64,000 bases of DNA, from contig JBKBIN010000001.1 of the NCBI GenBank assembly GCA_046296715.1, forward strand, positions 1 to 64,000. Direction: 5' to 3'. The stretch's first letter is position 1; each line of letters starts with the position of its first letter. The stretch comes from Candidatus Ratteibacteria bacterium. GTDB taxonomy: Bacteria > Ratteibacteria > UBA8468 > B48-G9 > JAFGKM01. Shown here in pieces: positions 1 through 10,282 of the stretch. The notes under the pieces were generated by a model. That model was not told the origin of the DNA and made no database searches. It saw nothing but the letters and a program-made list of their open reading frames with translations. A program made the translations under genes and the position numbers.

Positions 1-549
1 GGTTATGGGAGTAAGAGGTATATATTTAGTGCGATAGAGAAGAATACGAAATTTGGTTTTTCAAGGATGTATAAAAATAATAGTTCATATAGTGGTAGAG
101 ATTTTCTTTTAAGGTTATATTGGTTGGTTAATAAAGAGAAATTTTATATTCAAACAGATAATGGAAGTGAATTTGGTAAATTTTTTGACTATACATGTAA
201 GGAATTAGGGATAGAACATTATTATTCAAGAGAGAAGAATCCCAAAGATCACGCAGAGATAGAGAGATTTAATAAGACACTACAAGAGGAGTTTTTACAA
301 TTAGGCAATTATACAGAAGATGTAGATAGATTTAATTATTTGTTAACCGAGTGGTTAATAGAATATAATTTTCGTCGTCCACATCAATCCTTAGGTTATC
401 TTACACCTATTGAATTTTTATGTAAAAAAGAAAAATTTGACAAAAATAAAAATATGTGTATAAATAAAATTGATGGAAATGAAAAAATATGTAAAAATAT
501 ATTTAATAAGAAACTGTTACCTATGTACCCTATTTGTACATTCATTTGA
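1..549 (+). mobile_element. IS481-like DDE transposase (rve integrase core), 5'-truncated by the window edge; probable right end at ~515-540
   Basis: Frame open from base 1; motifs IQTDNGSEF, EIERFNKTLQEEF, YNFRRPHQSLGYLTP; IS481-type terminus TGTTACCTATGT...TGTACA at 515-540. Confidence 0.85.
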
Positions 550-575
550 CAATTGGAAGAGAAAAATTATAAAAT
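546..575 (+). promoter_or_regulatory. Putative sigma70 promoter for pal (TTGACA-18-TAAAAT)
   Basis: TTGACA 546-551, TAAAAT 570-575, ATG at 586. Confidence 0.5.
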
Positions 576-585
576 TATTTTTAGG

Positions 586-1269
586 ATGAGAATAAAATAT
601 TTTTTTACTTTTTTAGTTTTCATCTTTTTTGGATGTCAGCAAATAGAAAAAAAAGAAGAAAAAATTAAAGAACCATCATTGAAAGAAAAAATATTTGATT
701 TACTTTCAAAAGAAGAAAGGTCAAAAGAAGATATAAATTTTAAAACCAAAGAAATACCAAAGATTATTCCAATCCAAAAAGAAGAGAAATTTGAGGATTC
801 TGAATATCCAGAAAAAACTTCTAAAGATAAAATAGAATATATAGAAGAAAGTTTAACAGAACAATTGTACCAAATTCCAGAAAATATTAAGTTTGTTGCT
901 CCTAACGAAATAAGCAAAGAAGCTGAAGAAATTTTTAAAAACATTTATTTTGATTATGACAGTTATGAAATTAAAAAATCAGAACAAGAAACTTTGATTA
1001 AAATAGGTGAATATCTTCAAGAAAAAAAAGAGATTTTTGTTTTAATTGAAGGACATTGCGATGAAAGAGGAACAAGAGAATATAATCTTGTTCTTGGTGA
1101 ACAAAGAGCTTTAAGTGTAAGAAATTTCCTAATAAATCTTGGTGTCTCCCCAAAAAGATTATTTACAGTTAGTTATGGAGAAGATAAACCAGCTGTTTTA
1201 GGGAGTAATGAAACCGCATGGGCAAAAAACAGAAGATGTGAATTTAAAATAGGGATTGAAAAGAAATGA
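586..1269 (+). CDS. pal: Peptidoglycan-associated lipoprotein (OmpA-like C-terminal domain)
   Basis: Lipobox FFGC; IYFDYDS, IEGHCDERGTREYNLVLGEQRA, VSYGEDKP, AKNRRCEF; ATG 586 preferred over TTG 553. Confidence 0.9.
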   Translation: MRIKYFFTFLVFIFFGCQQIEKKEEKIKEPSLKEKIFDLLSKEERSKEDINFKTKEIPKIIPIQKEEKFEDSEYPEKTSKDKIEYIEESLTEQLYQIPENIKFVAPNEISKEAEEIFKNIYFDYDSYEIKKSEQETLIKIGEYLQEKKEIFVLIEGHCDERGTREYNLVLGEQRALSVRNFLINLGVSPKRLFTVSYGEDKPAVLGSNETAWAKNRRCEFKIGIEKK

Positions 1270-2630
1270 AAAAGAGATTTTTATTATTTTTAATTTTTAT
1301 TTTTTTGAATAGTTGTACGAATTTACCGCAAAAAGAACAAGTAGATAAAGAAAAGTTAAAGGATGTTGAAGATTCCATACTTTTTATCGTAGAAAACTTT
1401 GACAATAGAATAAAAAAATTAGAGAATAACCAATCTGAAATTGTAAGCATTATAAATAAAAATACTGAACAAATTAACGAAGCAATCAATTCATTGAACG
1501 AATATATCTCAAAAGAAAAAGGAATTTCCAATTTTATAAAAAAGGCAAATGAAGAAATCACAAACTTACAAAGAGATTTGAAGACACTAAATAAAAAAAT
1601 TTCTGAATTCGCATCTTTAAAAGAAGATATAAGATTACTTAACAACAAAATTTCTGAAATTAAAGGAAAAATTGACGAAGTTATTGTAAATACAGATGAA
1701 AAAAATAAAAAATTAGAAGACGAAATAAATAAAAAAATTACAAATATTGAAAAAGAAACGACAACAATAAAAAAGAATTATACAGATATACTTTCCCTTC
1801 CATTAACTTTACAAAAATCAATTAATGAATTTCAAACTTCTTTCGTAAAAACATTAAATGATTTTCAAAATAACCTGATAAGTTTAAAAGACGCACAGAT
1901 AAAATTGTCAAATATTGTTGAAGATAATTTAAAGCAATTAAATGCCTTAAAAGAAAAATTTGAAACGATTGAAAATACCGTTAAATTTCAAAATAAGACA
2001 TTAATTGACGAGTTAACAAGACATGAAAGTGAGATATTTTCTATTAAAAGAGAGGTTTTTTATATAAATAATGATATAAAAGAAATTTCAAAACAAGGGA
2101 TTAAAAGGAATGATGAAATACTTGGGAATATTGAAATCCTCAAAAAAACTTATAATGATCTAATTTCCTCCTCTTCAAATTTAATGAAATCTCTTTCTTT
2201 TTTCCAAGACGAAATCATTAATATAAAAAATTCAATGGCGAAAGTAGATGAGGAGATTAAGAATTTAAATAGAGATATATCAAACTTAAAAAAAGAAATT
2301 GAAATGGTAAAAAACACCGTTAACGAAAACAATAAAATTATTATTGAAGAATTTATGCGTCATGAAAAGGACATTTCAAAATTAAAAGAGATTATAACTT
2401 CTGAAACTGATATTTCAAGTAAAATAGATATTGAAAAAGTAAAATCATTTGAATTTGAAAAAGATAATAAAATATATATTGTTCAGAAAGGAGACTATCT
2501 CTCAAAAATTGCAGAAAAATTTAGAGTAAATGTTGATGAAATTAAAAAAGTTAATAATTTAAAGAGCGATATAATTTACCCTGGACAAAAACTAATAATT
2601 CCTACTAAAATAAAAACATTTGGAGAATAA
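1266..2630 (+). CDS. Long coiled-coil lipoprotein with C-terminal LysM domain
   Basis: Lipobox FLNSC; heptad-rich body; YIVQKGDYLSKIAEKF...IYPGQKLIIP LysM. Confidence 0.8.
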   Translation: MKKRFLLFLIFIFLNSCTNLPQKEQVDKEKLKDVEDSILFIVENFDNRIKKLENNQSEIVSIINKNTEQINEAINSLNEYISKEKGISNFIKKANEEITNLQRDLKTLNKKISEFASLKEDIRLLNNKISEIKGKIDEVIVNTDEKNKKLEDEINKKITNIEKETTTIKKNYTDILSLPLTLQKSINEFQTSFVKTLNDFQNNLISLKDAQIKLSNIVEDNLKQLNALKEKFETIENTVKFQNKTLIDELTRHESEIFSIKREVFYINNDIKEISKQGIKRNDEILGNIEILKKTYNDLISSSSNLMKSLSFFQDEIINIKNSMAKVDEEIKNLNRDISNLKKEIEMVKNTVNENNKIIIEEFMRHEKDISKLKEIITSETDISSKIDIEKVKSFEFEKDNKIYIVQKGDYLSKIAEKFRVNVDEIKKVNNLKSDIIYPGQKLIIPTKIKTFGE

Positions 2631-2653
2631 ATTGTGAAAAAGGAGGTGAAATT

Positions 2654-3124
2654 ATGAGGAATTTTATTTTATCTGTTTTTTTAATTTGTTTAGTTTCGTT
2701 TAATTTATCAACACAAGAAAAAAAGGCACCTGACTTCACATTAAAAGATATTAATGAAAAAATAATAAAACTCTCTGATTATAAAGGTAAAGTTGTAATT
2801 CTTAATTTCTGGGCTACATGGTGTCCACCTTGTCGTGCAGAAATTCCAGATTTTATAAAATTCTACAATTCATATAAGGATAAGGGCATTGTAATAATTG
2901 GAGTTGCTGTCTCTTCTAAATTAGATGATATAAAAAACATGGTTAAAGAAAAAAATATCACTTACCCAGTATGTCAAAGTGATGGAAAAATTGAATCTTT
3001 ATATGGTGGAATAAGGGCGGTTCCAACAACTTTTATCATAGACCGAAATGGAAATATCAGAGAGAAAAAAGTTGGTGCTTTAACTGAGAAAGAACTTATA
3101 GATATAACAAAAGACCTTTTATAA
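2654..3124 (+). CDS. TlpA/ResA-family thiol-disulfide oxidoreductase
   Basis: APDFTL, NFWATWCPPCRAEIP, VPTTFIIDRNG; signal peptide; RBS AGGAGG. Confidence 0.9.
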   Translation: MRNFILSVFLICLVSFNLSTQEKKAPDFTLKDINEKIIKLSDYKGKVVILNFWATWCPPCRAEIPDFIKFYNSYKDKGIVIIGVAVSSKLDDIKNMVKEKNITYPVCQSDGKIESLYGGIRAVPTTFIIDRNGNIREKKVGALTEKELIDITKDLL

Positions 3125-3139
3125 AAAGGAGTGTTTCAA

Positions 3140-3853
3140 ATGAAAAAAATATTTTTGATTTTAATCTTCTGTTTTTCTTTTTATTTATGGTCTGAAAGGC
3201 AAATTTATATAGCAGAGAAAGCGACTGGAAAAATTGTAATTGATGGAAATATAACAGAAGAAGAATGGGGAAAAAAAGCTACAATAAAAAGATTTTACAG
3301 ACCTTGTAATTTTGACAAAAAAGTGTATTCAAATACAATTGTGTGGATTAAATACGATGATAATTACCTTTATATTGCTGGAAGAATGGAAGATAAATGT
3401 CTTGTTGGATATGTTGAAAAACAAGATGGACCTGTTTGGAATGATGATGTTTTTGAAATTTTTATAAAACCAAAATTTAAATCTCCACATTACTATGAAA
3501 TAAATTCAAATATTTTAGGAACACTTTTTGACGCATTTTTTCATAGGAAAGGAGTTTACTATTTAAAAAATATTGAAAATTTTTCTTCAGAAGCAAAAGT
3601 AGCAACAAAAATTAAAGGAACTTTAAATAATGAAGATGTTGATGAAGGATGGGAAATAGAAATTGCAATACCTTTTTCTGCCTTTTTAAAGACAACAAAT
3701 CCACCTAAAAAAGGAGATGTGTGGTATTTTGCTATATGTAGATACGATTATTCTATATATATTCCATATGGTAGAGAACTTACAAGTTCTGCAAAATTAA
3801 GAAGACCTGATTTTCATTTATATTATGATTATGACAAACTTCTTTTTAAATAA
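3140..3853 (+). CDS. Secreted carbohydrate-binding family 9-like (DOMON-like) protein
   Basis: IVIDGNITEEEW, YDDNYLYIA, WNDDVFEIFI, WEIEIAIPF; signal peptide. Confidence 0.7.
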   Translation: MKKIFLILIFCFSFYLWSERQIYIAEKATGKIVIDGNITEEEWGKKATIKRFYRPCNFDKKVYSNTIVWIKYDDNYLYIAGRMEDKCLVGYVEKQDGPVWNDDVFEIFIKPKFKSPHYYEINSNILGTLFDAFFHRKGVYYLKNIENFSSEAKVATKIKGTLNNEDVDEGWEIEIAIPFSAFLKTTNPPKKGDVWYFAICRYDYSIYIPYGRELTSSAKLRRPDFHLYYDYDKLLFK

Positions 3854-3855
3854 AA

Positions 3856-6654
3856 TTATACAGTTGCTTTGATTGATTCTTTTTCAAAATACTTTTTTAA
3901 AAAATATCCAGTATACGACTTTGGATTTTTTGTTATCTCTTCAGGAGTTCCTGTCGCAACGATATATCCACCTTTATCTCCTCCCTCAGGACCAAGATCA
4001 ATTATCCAGTCAGCACATTTAATAACCTCAAGATTATGTTCAATTACTATAACTGTTGAACCTTTTTCAACAAGTCGTTTTAAAACATCTAAAAGTTTCG
4101 CTATATCTGCTAAATGAAGTCCAACTGTTGGTTCATCAAGTATATATATTGTTTTTTCATTTCCTTTTCTTGATAATTCTGCTGCAAGTTTAACTCTCTG
4201 TGCCTCTCCTCCTGATAAAGTGGTTGCTGGCTGCCCAAGCGCAAGATATCCAAGTCCTACATCATAAAGTGTCTTTAGTTTTTCTACAAGTTTAGGATGA
4301 ACTTTAAAGAAATCAAGTGCTTCTTCAATTTTCATTTCAAGGACTTCTGATATATCTTTTCCTTTATATTTTATTTCAAGAGTCTCTTTATTATATCTTT
4401 TCCCTTTACAAACATCGCAAGGAATATAAATATCGGGTAAAAAATGCATCTCAATCTTCATTATACCCTCACCCATACATGCTTCACATCTACCTCCTTT
4501 AACATTAAAACTAAATCTTCCAGGAGTATAACCTCTAATTTTTGCTTCAGTTGTATTTGCGAATATCTCTCTTATATATGTAAAAGCACCTGTATAAGTT
4601 GCTGGATTTGACCTTGGAGTTCTTCCTATTGGTGACTGATCTATAACAACTACCTTATTTATATATTCAACACCTAAAATTGCCTCATGTTTGCCTGGTT
4701 CTTCTTTTGAATCATAAAGAATTTTTTTTAATCCCTTATATAAAACATCTTCAATTAAACTACTTTTACCAGAACCTGAAACACCTGTTACGCATACAAA
4801 CAGTCCAAGAGGAATTTCAACATCAATATTTTTTAAATTATTATGACTTGCCTTTAAAATTTTGAGTTTTTTTTCGGTAGGTTTTCTTCTTTTTTCAGGG
4901 ATTTCAATTTTTAGTTTTCCGCTTAAATATTTCCCTGTGATTGAAGATTCGTTAGAAATAATATCTGAAATAGTCCCACAGGCAACAACTTCACCTCCAT
5001 GAATTCCAGCACCAGGTCCAAGATCAACAATATAATCAGCATTTCTTATTGTTTCTTCATCATGTTCAATAACAACAACTGTATTTCCTATATCCCTTAA
5101 ATGTTTTAATGTATTTATAAGTTTTAAATTATCCCTTTGATGAAGTCCTATAGTTGGTTCATCAAGAATATAAAGAACTCCAACAAGGCCTGAACCAATT
5201 TGAGTTGCAAGACGGATTCTTTCTGCTTCTCCACCAGATAAAGTATGTGTCATTCTGTCAAGAGTTAAATAATCAAGACCAACTTCTTGAAGAAATTCAA
5301 GTCGTGATAGAATTTCTTTTAAAATCTGCTTTGCTATTAATTTCTCTTTCTCATTGAGTTCTAAATTTTCAAAAAATTCTTTTGCTTTTACAACACTCAA
5401 TTTACATATATCCATAATTGATTTTCCACCAATTTTTACTGCAAGTGACTCTGGCTTTAATCTACCTCCATTGCATGAAGGACAAGTCACTTCTCTGATA
5501 TATTTTAAAATTTCCTCTCTCCTATATTCACTCTCTGTTTCTCTAAAAAGGCGTTCAAGATTTGGAATAACACCTTCAAAATTATATTCTTCACTACCAT
5601 AAAGAATTATATCAAGTTCTCTCTTGCTTAAATCACATACTCTATCATCAATATCTCTACCAAGTGAATCAAGTATATCATTCAAAAGAGATCTATAATA
5701 CCAAAAAAGTCCTCTACCTCCTACATCATGCCATGGTTTTATTGCTCCTTCCCTAAATGTTTTTGTTTTATCTGGGATAACTAAATCAGGATCAACTTTC
5801 ATCAAAAAACCAAGACCTTTACATTCAGGGCAGGCACCATAAGGACTATTAAAAGAAAACATTCTTGGAGATATTTCTTCAAAACTTATTCCACAAACTG
5901 GACAACTATAATTTTCATTAAAAATTATATCCTTACCATTTTCCTCAATTATTACAATTCCTTTACCAATTTTTAAAGCCATTTCAATACTTTCTGCAAT
6001 TCTTGTTTTATCTTCTTCTCCTACTTTATAGGTATCAATTAAAACCTCTATACTATGAATTTTATATCTATCAAGTTTTATTTCATCATCAACATCATAA
6101 TATTTTTTATCAACCCTTACTTTTAAAAATCCCATTTCTTTTACCTGCTGAAATATTTTCTTATATTCACCTTTTCTTCCTCTTATAATCGGAGCAAGAA
6201 CTTTTATTTCTGAACTACTATTAAAATCCATTACTCTTTCAATTATTTCACTTGATGATTGTCTTGATATAATTCTTCCACAATTTGGACAATGAGGGAT
6301 TCCAATTCTTGCGAAAAGAACTCTTAAATAATCATAAATTTCTGTTGTTGTTGCCACAGTTGATCTTGGATTTGCTGCTGCTTTTCTTTGTTCAATTGCT
6401 ATTGCTGGCGGAAGACCTGTTATTTGATCTACATCCGGCTTTTTCATCTGTTCAAGAAATTGTCTTGCATAGGTTGATAAGCTTTCAATATATCTTCTCT
6501 GCCCTTCTGCATAAAGAGTATCAAAGGCAAGGGATGACTTTCCAGAACCTGAAATTCCTGTTATTACTATAAGTTTATTTCTTGGCAAATCAAGGTCTAT
6601 ATTTTTTAGATTATGTTCTCTTGCACCTCTAATACTTATATTTTTTGGTTCCAT
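3856..6654 (-). CDS. uvrA: Excinuclease ABC subunit A
   Basis: [10 protein letters not shown], two Walker A motifs ([18 protein letters not shown]), LSGGEA signatures, Zn fingers. Confidence 0.98.
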   Translation of the reverse strand: MEPKNISIRGAREHNLKNIDLDLPRNKLIVITGISGSGKSSLAFDTLYAEGQRRYIESLSTYARQFLEQMKKPDVDQITGLPPAIAIEQRKAAANPRSTVATTTEIYDYLRVLFARIGIPHCPNCGRIISRQSSSEIIERVMDFNSSSEIKVLAPIIRGRKGEYKKIFQQVKEMGFLKVRVDKKYYDVDDEIKLDRYKIHSIEVLIDTYKVGEEDKTRIAESIEMALKIGKGIVIIEENGKDIIFNENYSCPVCGISFEEISPRMFSFNSPYGACPECKGLGFLMKVDPDLVIPDKTKTFREGAIKPWHDVGGRGLFWYYRSLLNDILDSLGRDIDDRVCDLSKRELDIILYGSEEYNFEGVIPNLERLFRETESEYRREEILKYIREVTCPSCNGGRLKPESLAVKIGGKSIMDICKLSVVKAKEFFENLELNEKEKLIAKQILKEILSRLEFLQEVGLDYLTLDRMTHTLSGGEAERIRLATQIGSGLVGVLYILDEPTIGLHQRDNLKLINTLKHLRDIGNTVVVIEHDEETIRNADYIVDLGPGAGIHGGEVVACGTISDIISNESSITGKYLSGKLKIEIPEKRRKPTEKKLKILKASHNNLKNIDVEIPLGLFVCVTGVSGSGKSSLIEDVLYKGLKKILYDSKEEPGKHEAILGVEYINKVVVIDQSPIGRTPRSNPATYTGAFTYIREIFANTTEAKIRGYTPGRFSFNVKGGRCEACMGEGIMKIEMHFLPDIYIPCDVCKGKRYNKETLEIKYKGKDISEVLEMKIEEALDFFKVHPKLVEKLKTLYDVGLGYLALGQPATTLSGGEAQRVKLAAELSRKGNEKTIYILDEPTVGLHLADIAKLLDVLKRLVEKGSTVIVIEHNLEVIKCADWIIDLGPEGGDKGGYIVATGTPEEITKNPKSYTGYFLKKYFEKESIKATV

Positions 6655-6755
6655 AAATAAATATTTTACCCCTTTTTTGCTTTTTTATAAATAATAAGTT
6701 GAAGATAAAAAATCTATAGGTTAGAATATAAAAGTTTAGGAAACCAGGAGGAAAA

Positions 6756-7946
6756 ATGTTAAAAGATATAAAACAGTTGCTTTATACTGCGTGCTATTAT
6801 CCAGAGGAAATTGAAAGAGTTTTAAAAGGAAATTCGTTTTTAAAATTTGACCCTGAACTTGGTTATATACAGATTGATTATATTTTTAGAGATGGAATTT
6901 ATGATACCCTTTCCGAATATTCCTATGATAAAAAATACAATTACAGAAAAATGATAAATTATGCAGATAAACCTTGTAGAATTAATACTTATGGCAACAG
7001 TTATACTCAATGCGCACAAGTTTCAGATGGACAGACATGGCAGGAAATACTTGCAGCCCATTTTAGAGAACCAATAAGAAATTTTGGTGTTGGTGGTTAT
7101 GGTGTTTATCAGGCATATTTAAAAATGATGAGGATAGAAAAAACAGAAATATCAGCAGAATATATAATTTTAAACATATGGGATGACGACCATTTAAGAA
7201 ATATTGATTCTTCAAGATGGATAAGAGTTGCTTGGATACATAAAGATTTACCAAGAGGAGGTGAAGAAAATACTTATCCAGTTCATGGTTTTCCTTGGTC
7301 ACATTTAAGATTCGATCTTGATAAAAATTCATTTATAGAAATTCCTGGGAGATGTAAAAACGAAGATGATTTAAGGAAACTGACTGATAAAGAATATTAT
7401 TATAATTTTTTTAAAGATGACTATGTTGTTCATTTATTTGCTTTAACTCAAGGAGCAGATGCACCGATTGAATATCTTGAAAAACTTGGCGAAGTATTTG
7501 GTTTAAAAATTGATTTAAGAGATCCGAAGAAAAGGATAAAAGATGCGAAAAAACTACATATTACATACGGAATTAAATCAACAATTTATATACTTGAAAA
7601 ATTAAAAAAATGGGTTGAAGAAAACAAAAGAAAATTGATAATAATTTTAAGTTATGATGCTCCGACCTGTAAAAAATATATTAATGAAGGAGAAAGATTT
7701 GATGAAGAACTTTTAAAATATTTAAAAGAAAAAAAATTCTATTTCATTGATACCCTTAAAAAAACAAAAGAAGAATATAAATTGTATAAAATTACAGTTG
7801 ATGAGTTTTTATCCAGATTATATATTGCAAGGGCTGGTGCACAAGTTTTTGGACATTATTCACCTTATGGAAATTTCTGGTTTGCATATGCTATAAGAGA
7901 TGAAATTTTAAACATACTTGACCCAAAACCACCCGCCTATAGTTAG
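6756..7946 (+). CDS. Hypothetical protein, SGNH/GDSL-hydrolase-like
   Basis: GNSYT, NFGVGGYG, GHYSPYGN blocks; RBS AGGAGG. Confidence 0.5.
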   Translation: MLKDIKQLLYTACYYPEEIERVLKGNSFLKFDPELGYIQIDYIFRDGIYDTLSEYSYDKKYNYRKMINYADKPCRINTYGNSYTQCAQVSDGQTWQEILAAHFREPIRNFGVGGYGVYQAYLKMMRIEKTEISAEYIILNIWDDDHLRNIDSSRWIRVAWIHKDLPRGGEENTYPVHGFPWSHLRFDLDKNSFIEIPGRCKNEDDLRKLTDKEYYYNFFKDDYVVHLFALTQGADAPIEYLEKLGEVFGLKIDLRDPKKRIKDAKKLHITYGIKSTIYILEKLKKWVEENKRKLIIILSYDAPTCKKYINEGERFDEELLKYLKEKKFYFIDTLKKTKEEYKLYKITVDEFLSRLYIARAGAQVFGHYSPYGNFWFAYAIRDEILNILDPKPPAYS

Positions 7947-7998
7947 ACTTTCTCAAGATTACTAAAAATAAATATTTTCTGATTTATCCACCGACGTA

Positions 7999-8889
7999 GT
8001 TTAAATTCCTCTTTGGCAGATTGTGACTGACCCTTGAACTTTATCTATTAGATATCCAGCAGTGTTTAAATTCCTCTTTGGCAGATTGTGACGTGCCATC
8101 TTTATTTCTCACTTCCGCATCAGTAGGAATGTTTAAATTCCTCTTTGGCAGATTGTGACTATTTACAGAAAAACAACATATTTAAATTAAAACTCGTTTA
8201 AATTCCTCTTTGGCAGATTGTGACAAATAAAAGGAGTGTAAAATGAAAAAAATCACTGCAAAAGGTTTAAATTCCTCTTTGGCAGATTGTGACTGAGTAA
8301 AATGATAGAGAATTTGAAAAAAGAGTTGGCGTTTAAATTCCTCTTTGGCAGATTGTGACTAAATTATTGATACTGCAATTACCTCATCAAGATGGTGGTT
8401 TAAATTCCTCTTTGGCAGATTGTGACCTTGATGAAGTTTTTATTATAGAAAAAGCATTAACTGAGTTTAAATTCCTCTTTGGCAGATTGTGACTTTTATT
8501 TACTAAAAAACAAAAAAAAAGAGCGGGAGTGTTTAAATTCCTCTTTGGCAGATTGTGACTTTCTTTTTTCTTAAAATTTTTTCATTTAAATAAAAGTTTA
8601 AATTCCTCTTTGGCAGATTGTGACTCGGCCCTTGTGGGTGAACCCTCAATATAATCCTCGGTTTAAATTCCTCTTTGGCAGATTGTGACTCAAAGATTGA
8701 AAAAGTATTAAAAGAGGTTCAAATTTGTTTAAATTCCTCTTTGGCAGATTGTGACAAAAGACAGGTTTAAAATTTAAGGTATACAGTAGAGTAAGTTTAA
8801 ATTCCTCTTTGGCAGATTGTGACCTATGTCAGGAACATAAAATAACAATGTCAATTCTTCGTTTAAATTCCTCTTTGGCAGATTGTGAC
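7999..8889 (-). CRISPR. CRISPR array: 14 identical 29-bp repeats (crRNA sense GTCACAATCTGCCAAAGAGGAATTTAAAC), 13 spacers of 36-40 bp
   Basis: Repeats start on + at 7999, 8064, 8131, 8196, 8265, 8331, 8398, 8465, 8531, 8596, 8661, 8727, 8795, 8861; 3' handle ATTTAAAC and the leader next to cas2 give minus orientation. Confidence 0.98.
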
Positions 8890-9027
8890 CGCAAAAATTT
8901 TATAATAAAATAAAGGGTTTGTCAATTTTTTGTTTAATTTTTTTCGTCAAACCCCTAACTCTGTTATTTTTTTCTATCTGCCAAAGGACAACAAATTTTC
9001 AAAGAACAATACACACTTTTGATCATA
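8890..9027 (-). promoter_or_regulatory. CRISPR leader with sigma70 promoter TTGACA(8925-8920)-17-TAAAAT(8902-8897)
   Basis: AT-rich region between first repeat and cas2; near-consensus promoter 7 nt before the first repeat; inverted GGGTTTG/CAAACCC at 8915-8921/8948-8954. Confidence 0.8.
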
Positions 9028-9309
9028 TTATAACACATTTTTTGTTTTATCCGGTAAATTACTTAAAATTTTTCTCGTAACTTTTACTCCATCTGGCAAA
9101 ATATAAAAAATAACACTATCCCTTTCTTTATCAATAACTTTCATAACATCATTCTCCATCCTGTATATTTGACTTTCTGTTAACTCTCCTTCAAAAACCG
9201 ATTTTTGAATATGTGTAAGATATTTCCTTCCAATTTTTTTAATCTTATTTAATCTCTTCTGGTCTTTTTTCTCTTTTAATTCTATGTCATATATAAAAAT
9301 CACTTTCAT
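9028..9309 (-). CDS. cas2: CRISPR-associated endoribonuclease Cas2
   Basis: VIFIYDI, YLTHIQKSVFEGEL, DSVIFY. Confidence 0.95.
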   Translation of the reverse strand: MKVIFIYDIELKEKKDQKRLNKIKKIGRKYLTHIQKSVFEGELTESQIYRMENDVMKVIDKERDSVIFYILPDGVKVTRKILSNLPDKTKNVL

Positions 9310-9310
9310 T

Positions 9311-10282
9311 TTACCACCAAACCTTTAATGGTTGATATTCTTTTTCTTCAAGTAAGTGTTTAATTATTTTATAGAGTTCAAGTTTTATTAATGTTTTGTA
9401 TTTAACTTTTTTTCTTAATTTTCTGTGTAAAATAGTTGTCTCAAGTTGTTTATCAAACTCCTCAACAAAAATTTTTCTACCTTCTTCATTCAAATAAACA
9501 CCTTGCATCTCTTTTACGAAATTATCTTCGTTAATCATATTCAAATCAATCATTTTTATAATCAATTTATCAGACAAAATTGGTTTAAAGATTTCTGAAA
9601 CATCAAGTGCCAAAGAGTACCTTCTTTCTCCTGGTTCATGCAAAAAACTTATAAATGGACTTAATGGTGTAAGATAAATTTCTTTCAATATTATGCTGTA
9701 AACAAGAGAGTTTCCAAAAGAGATAAGAGCATTTAAAGGATTTTTTGGTGGTTGAACGCTTCTTTCTTCAAATGCCCATCCAGTTAATTTTTCAAAAGCA
9801 TCATAATATATTTTCCTCACATGTGCTTCTAATGACATAAGTTTTGAAATATTTTCTACATTTTTTATTTGATTTTCATATTCTGTTATCTTTTCCTCTT
9901 CACTTTTAAAGATATTCTTTTTTTGTAGATTTCTTTTTAAATTATGAATTGCTCCTTCAACAAATTTTTTTGAAATAAACAATCTTTTTTCATAATCTAA
10001 ATAATGTTTTACTTGTTCAACAATTAAAGTTCCTGAAATGTTTGTTTCTCTGGGATAGAAAGTTCCTGAATACCAACCATAATAATTGAATATATGTAAA
10101 CAAATGTTATTCTGAGCTATAAAATTTAAAAACTTATTATTAAAATCAACCTCGCCGAAAACAAATATTTGTTCAACATTTTCAACAGGTATAAACTTCT
10201 TCTCATTATTGGAAGTTTCAAAAACAATAGTATTTTCTTTTCTTTTTAGAACTCCATTTGAAAATATATAATATGTTTTCAT
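9311..10282 (-). CDS. cas1: Cas1, type I-B
   Basis: YIFSNGVLKRKENT, FNYYGWYSGTFYPRE, PPKNPLNALISFGN, SLALDVSEIFKP, C-terminal VWW; ATG overlaps cas4 stop. Confidence 0.97.
   Translation of the reverse strand: MKTYYIFSNGVLKRKENTIVFETSNNEKKFIPVENVEQIFVFGEVDFNNKFLNFIAQNNICLHIFNYYGWYSGTFYPRETNISGTLIVEQVKHYLDYEKRLFISKKFVEGAIHNLKRNLQKKNIFKSEEEKITEYENQIKNVENISKLMSLEAHVRKIYYDAFEKLTGWAFEERSVQPPKNPLNALISFGNSLVYSIILKEIYLTPLSPFISFLHEPGERRYSLALDVSEIFKPILSDKLIIKMIDLNMINEDNFVKEMQGVYLNEEGRKIFVEEFDKQLETTILHRKLRKKVKYKTLIKLELYKIIKHLLEEKEYQPLKVWW

Noticed and set aside
6655..6755. LexA/SOS box upstream of uvrA
   Set aside because: No recognisable palindromic operator
7933..7998. Degenerate 15th repeat at the trailer end
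   Set aside because: Only a short AGATT match at about the expected spacing; not convincing
7999..8889. Strand bias of spacers suggesting RNA-derived or type III-selected acquisition
   Set aside because: By-eye translation suggests about half look coding on each strand, and no reverse transcriptase is present
7999..8889. Self-targeting spacers
   Set aside because: No match to this window noticed by eye; an exhaustive search could not be run
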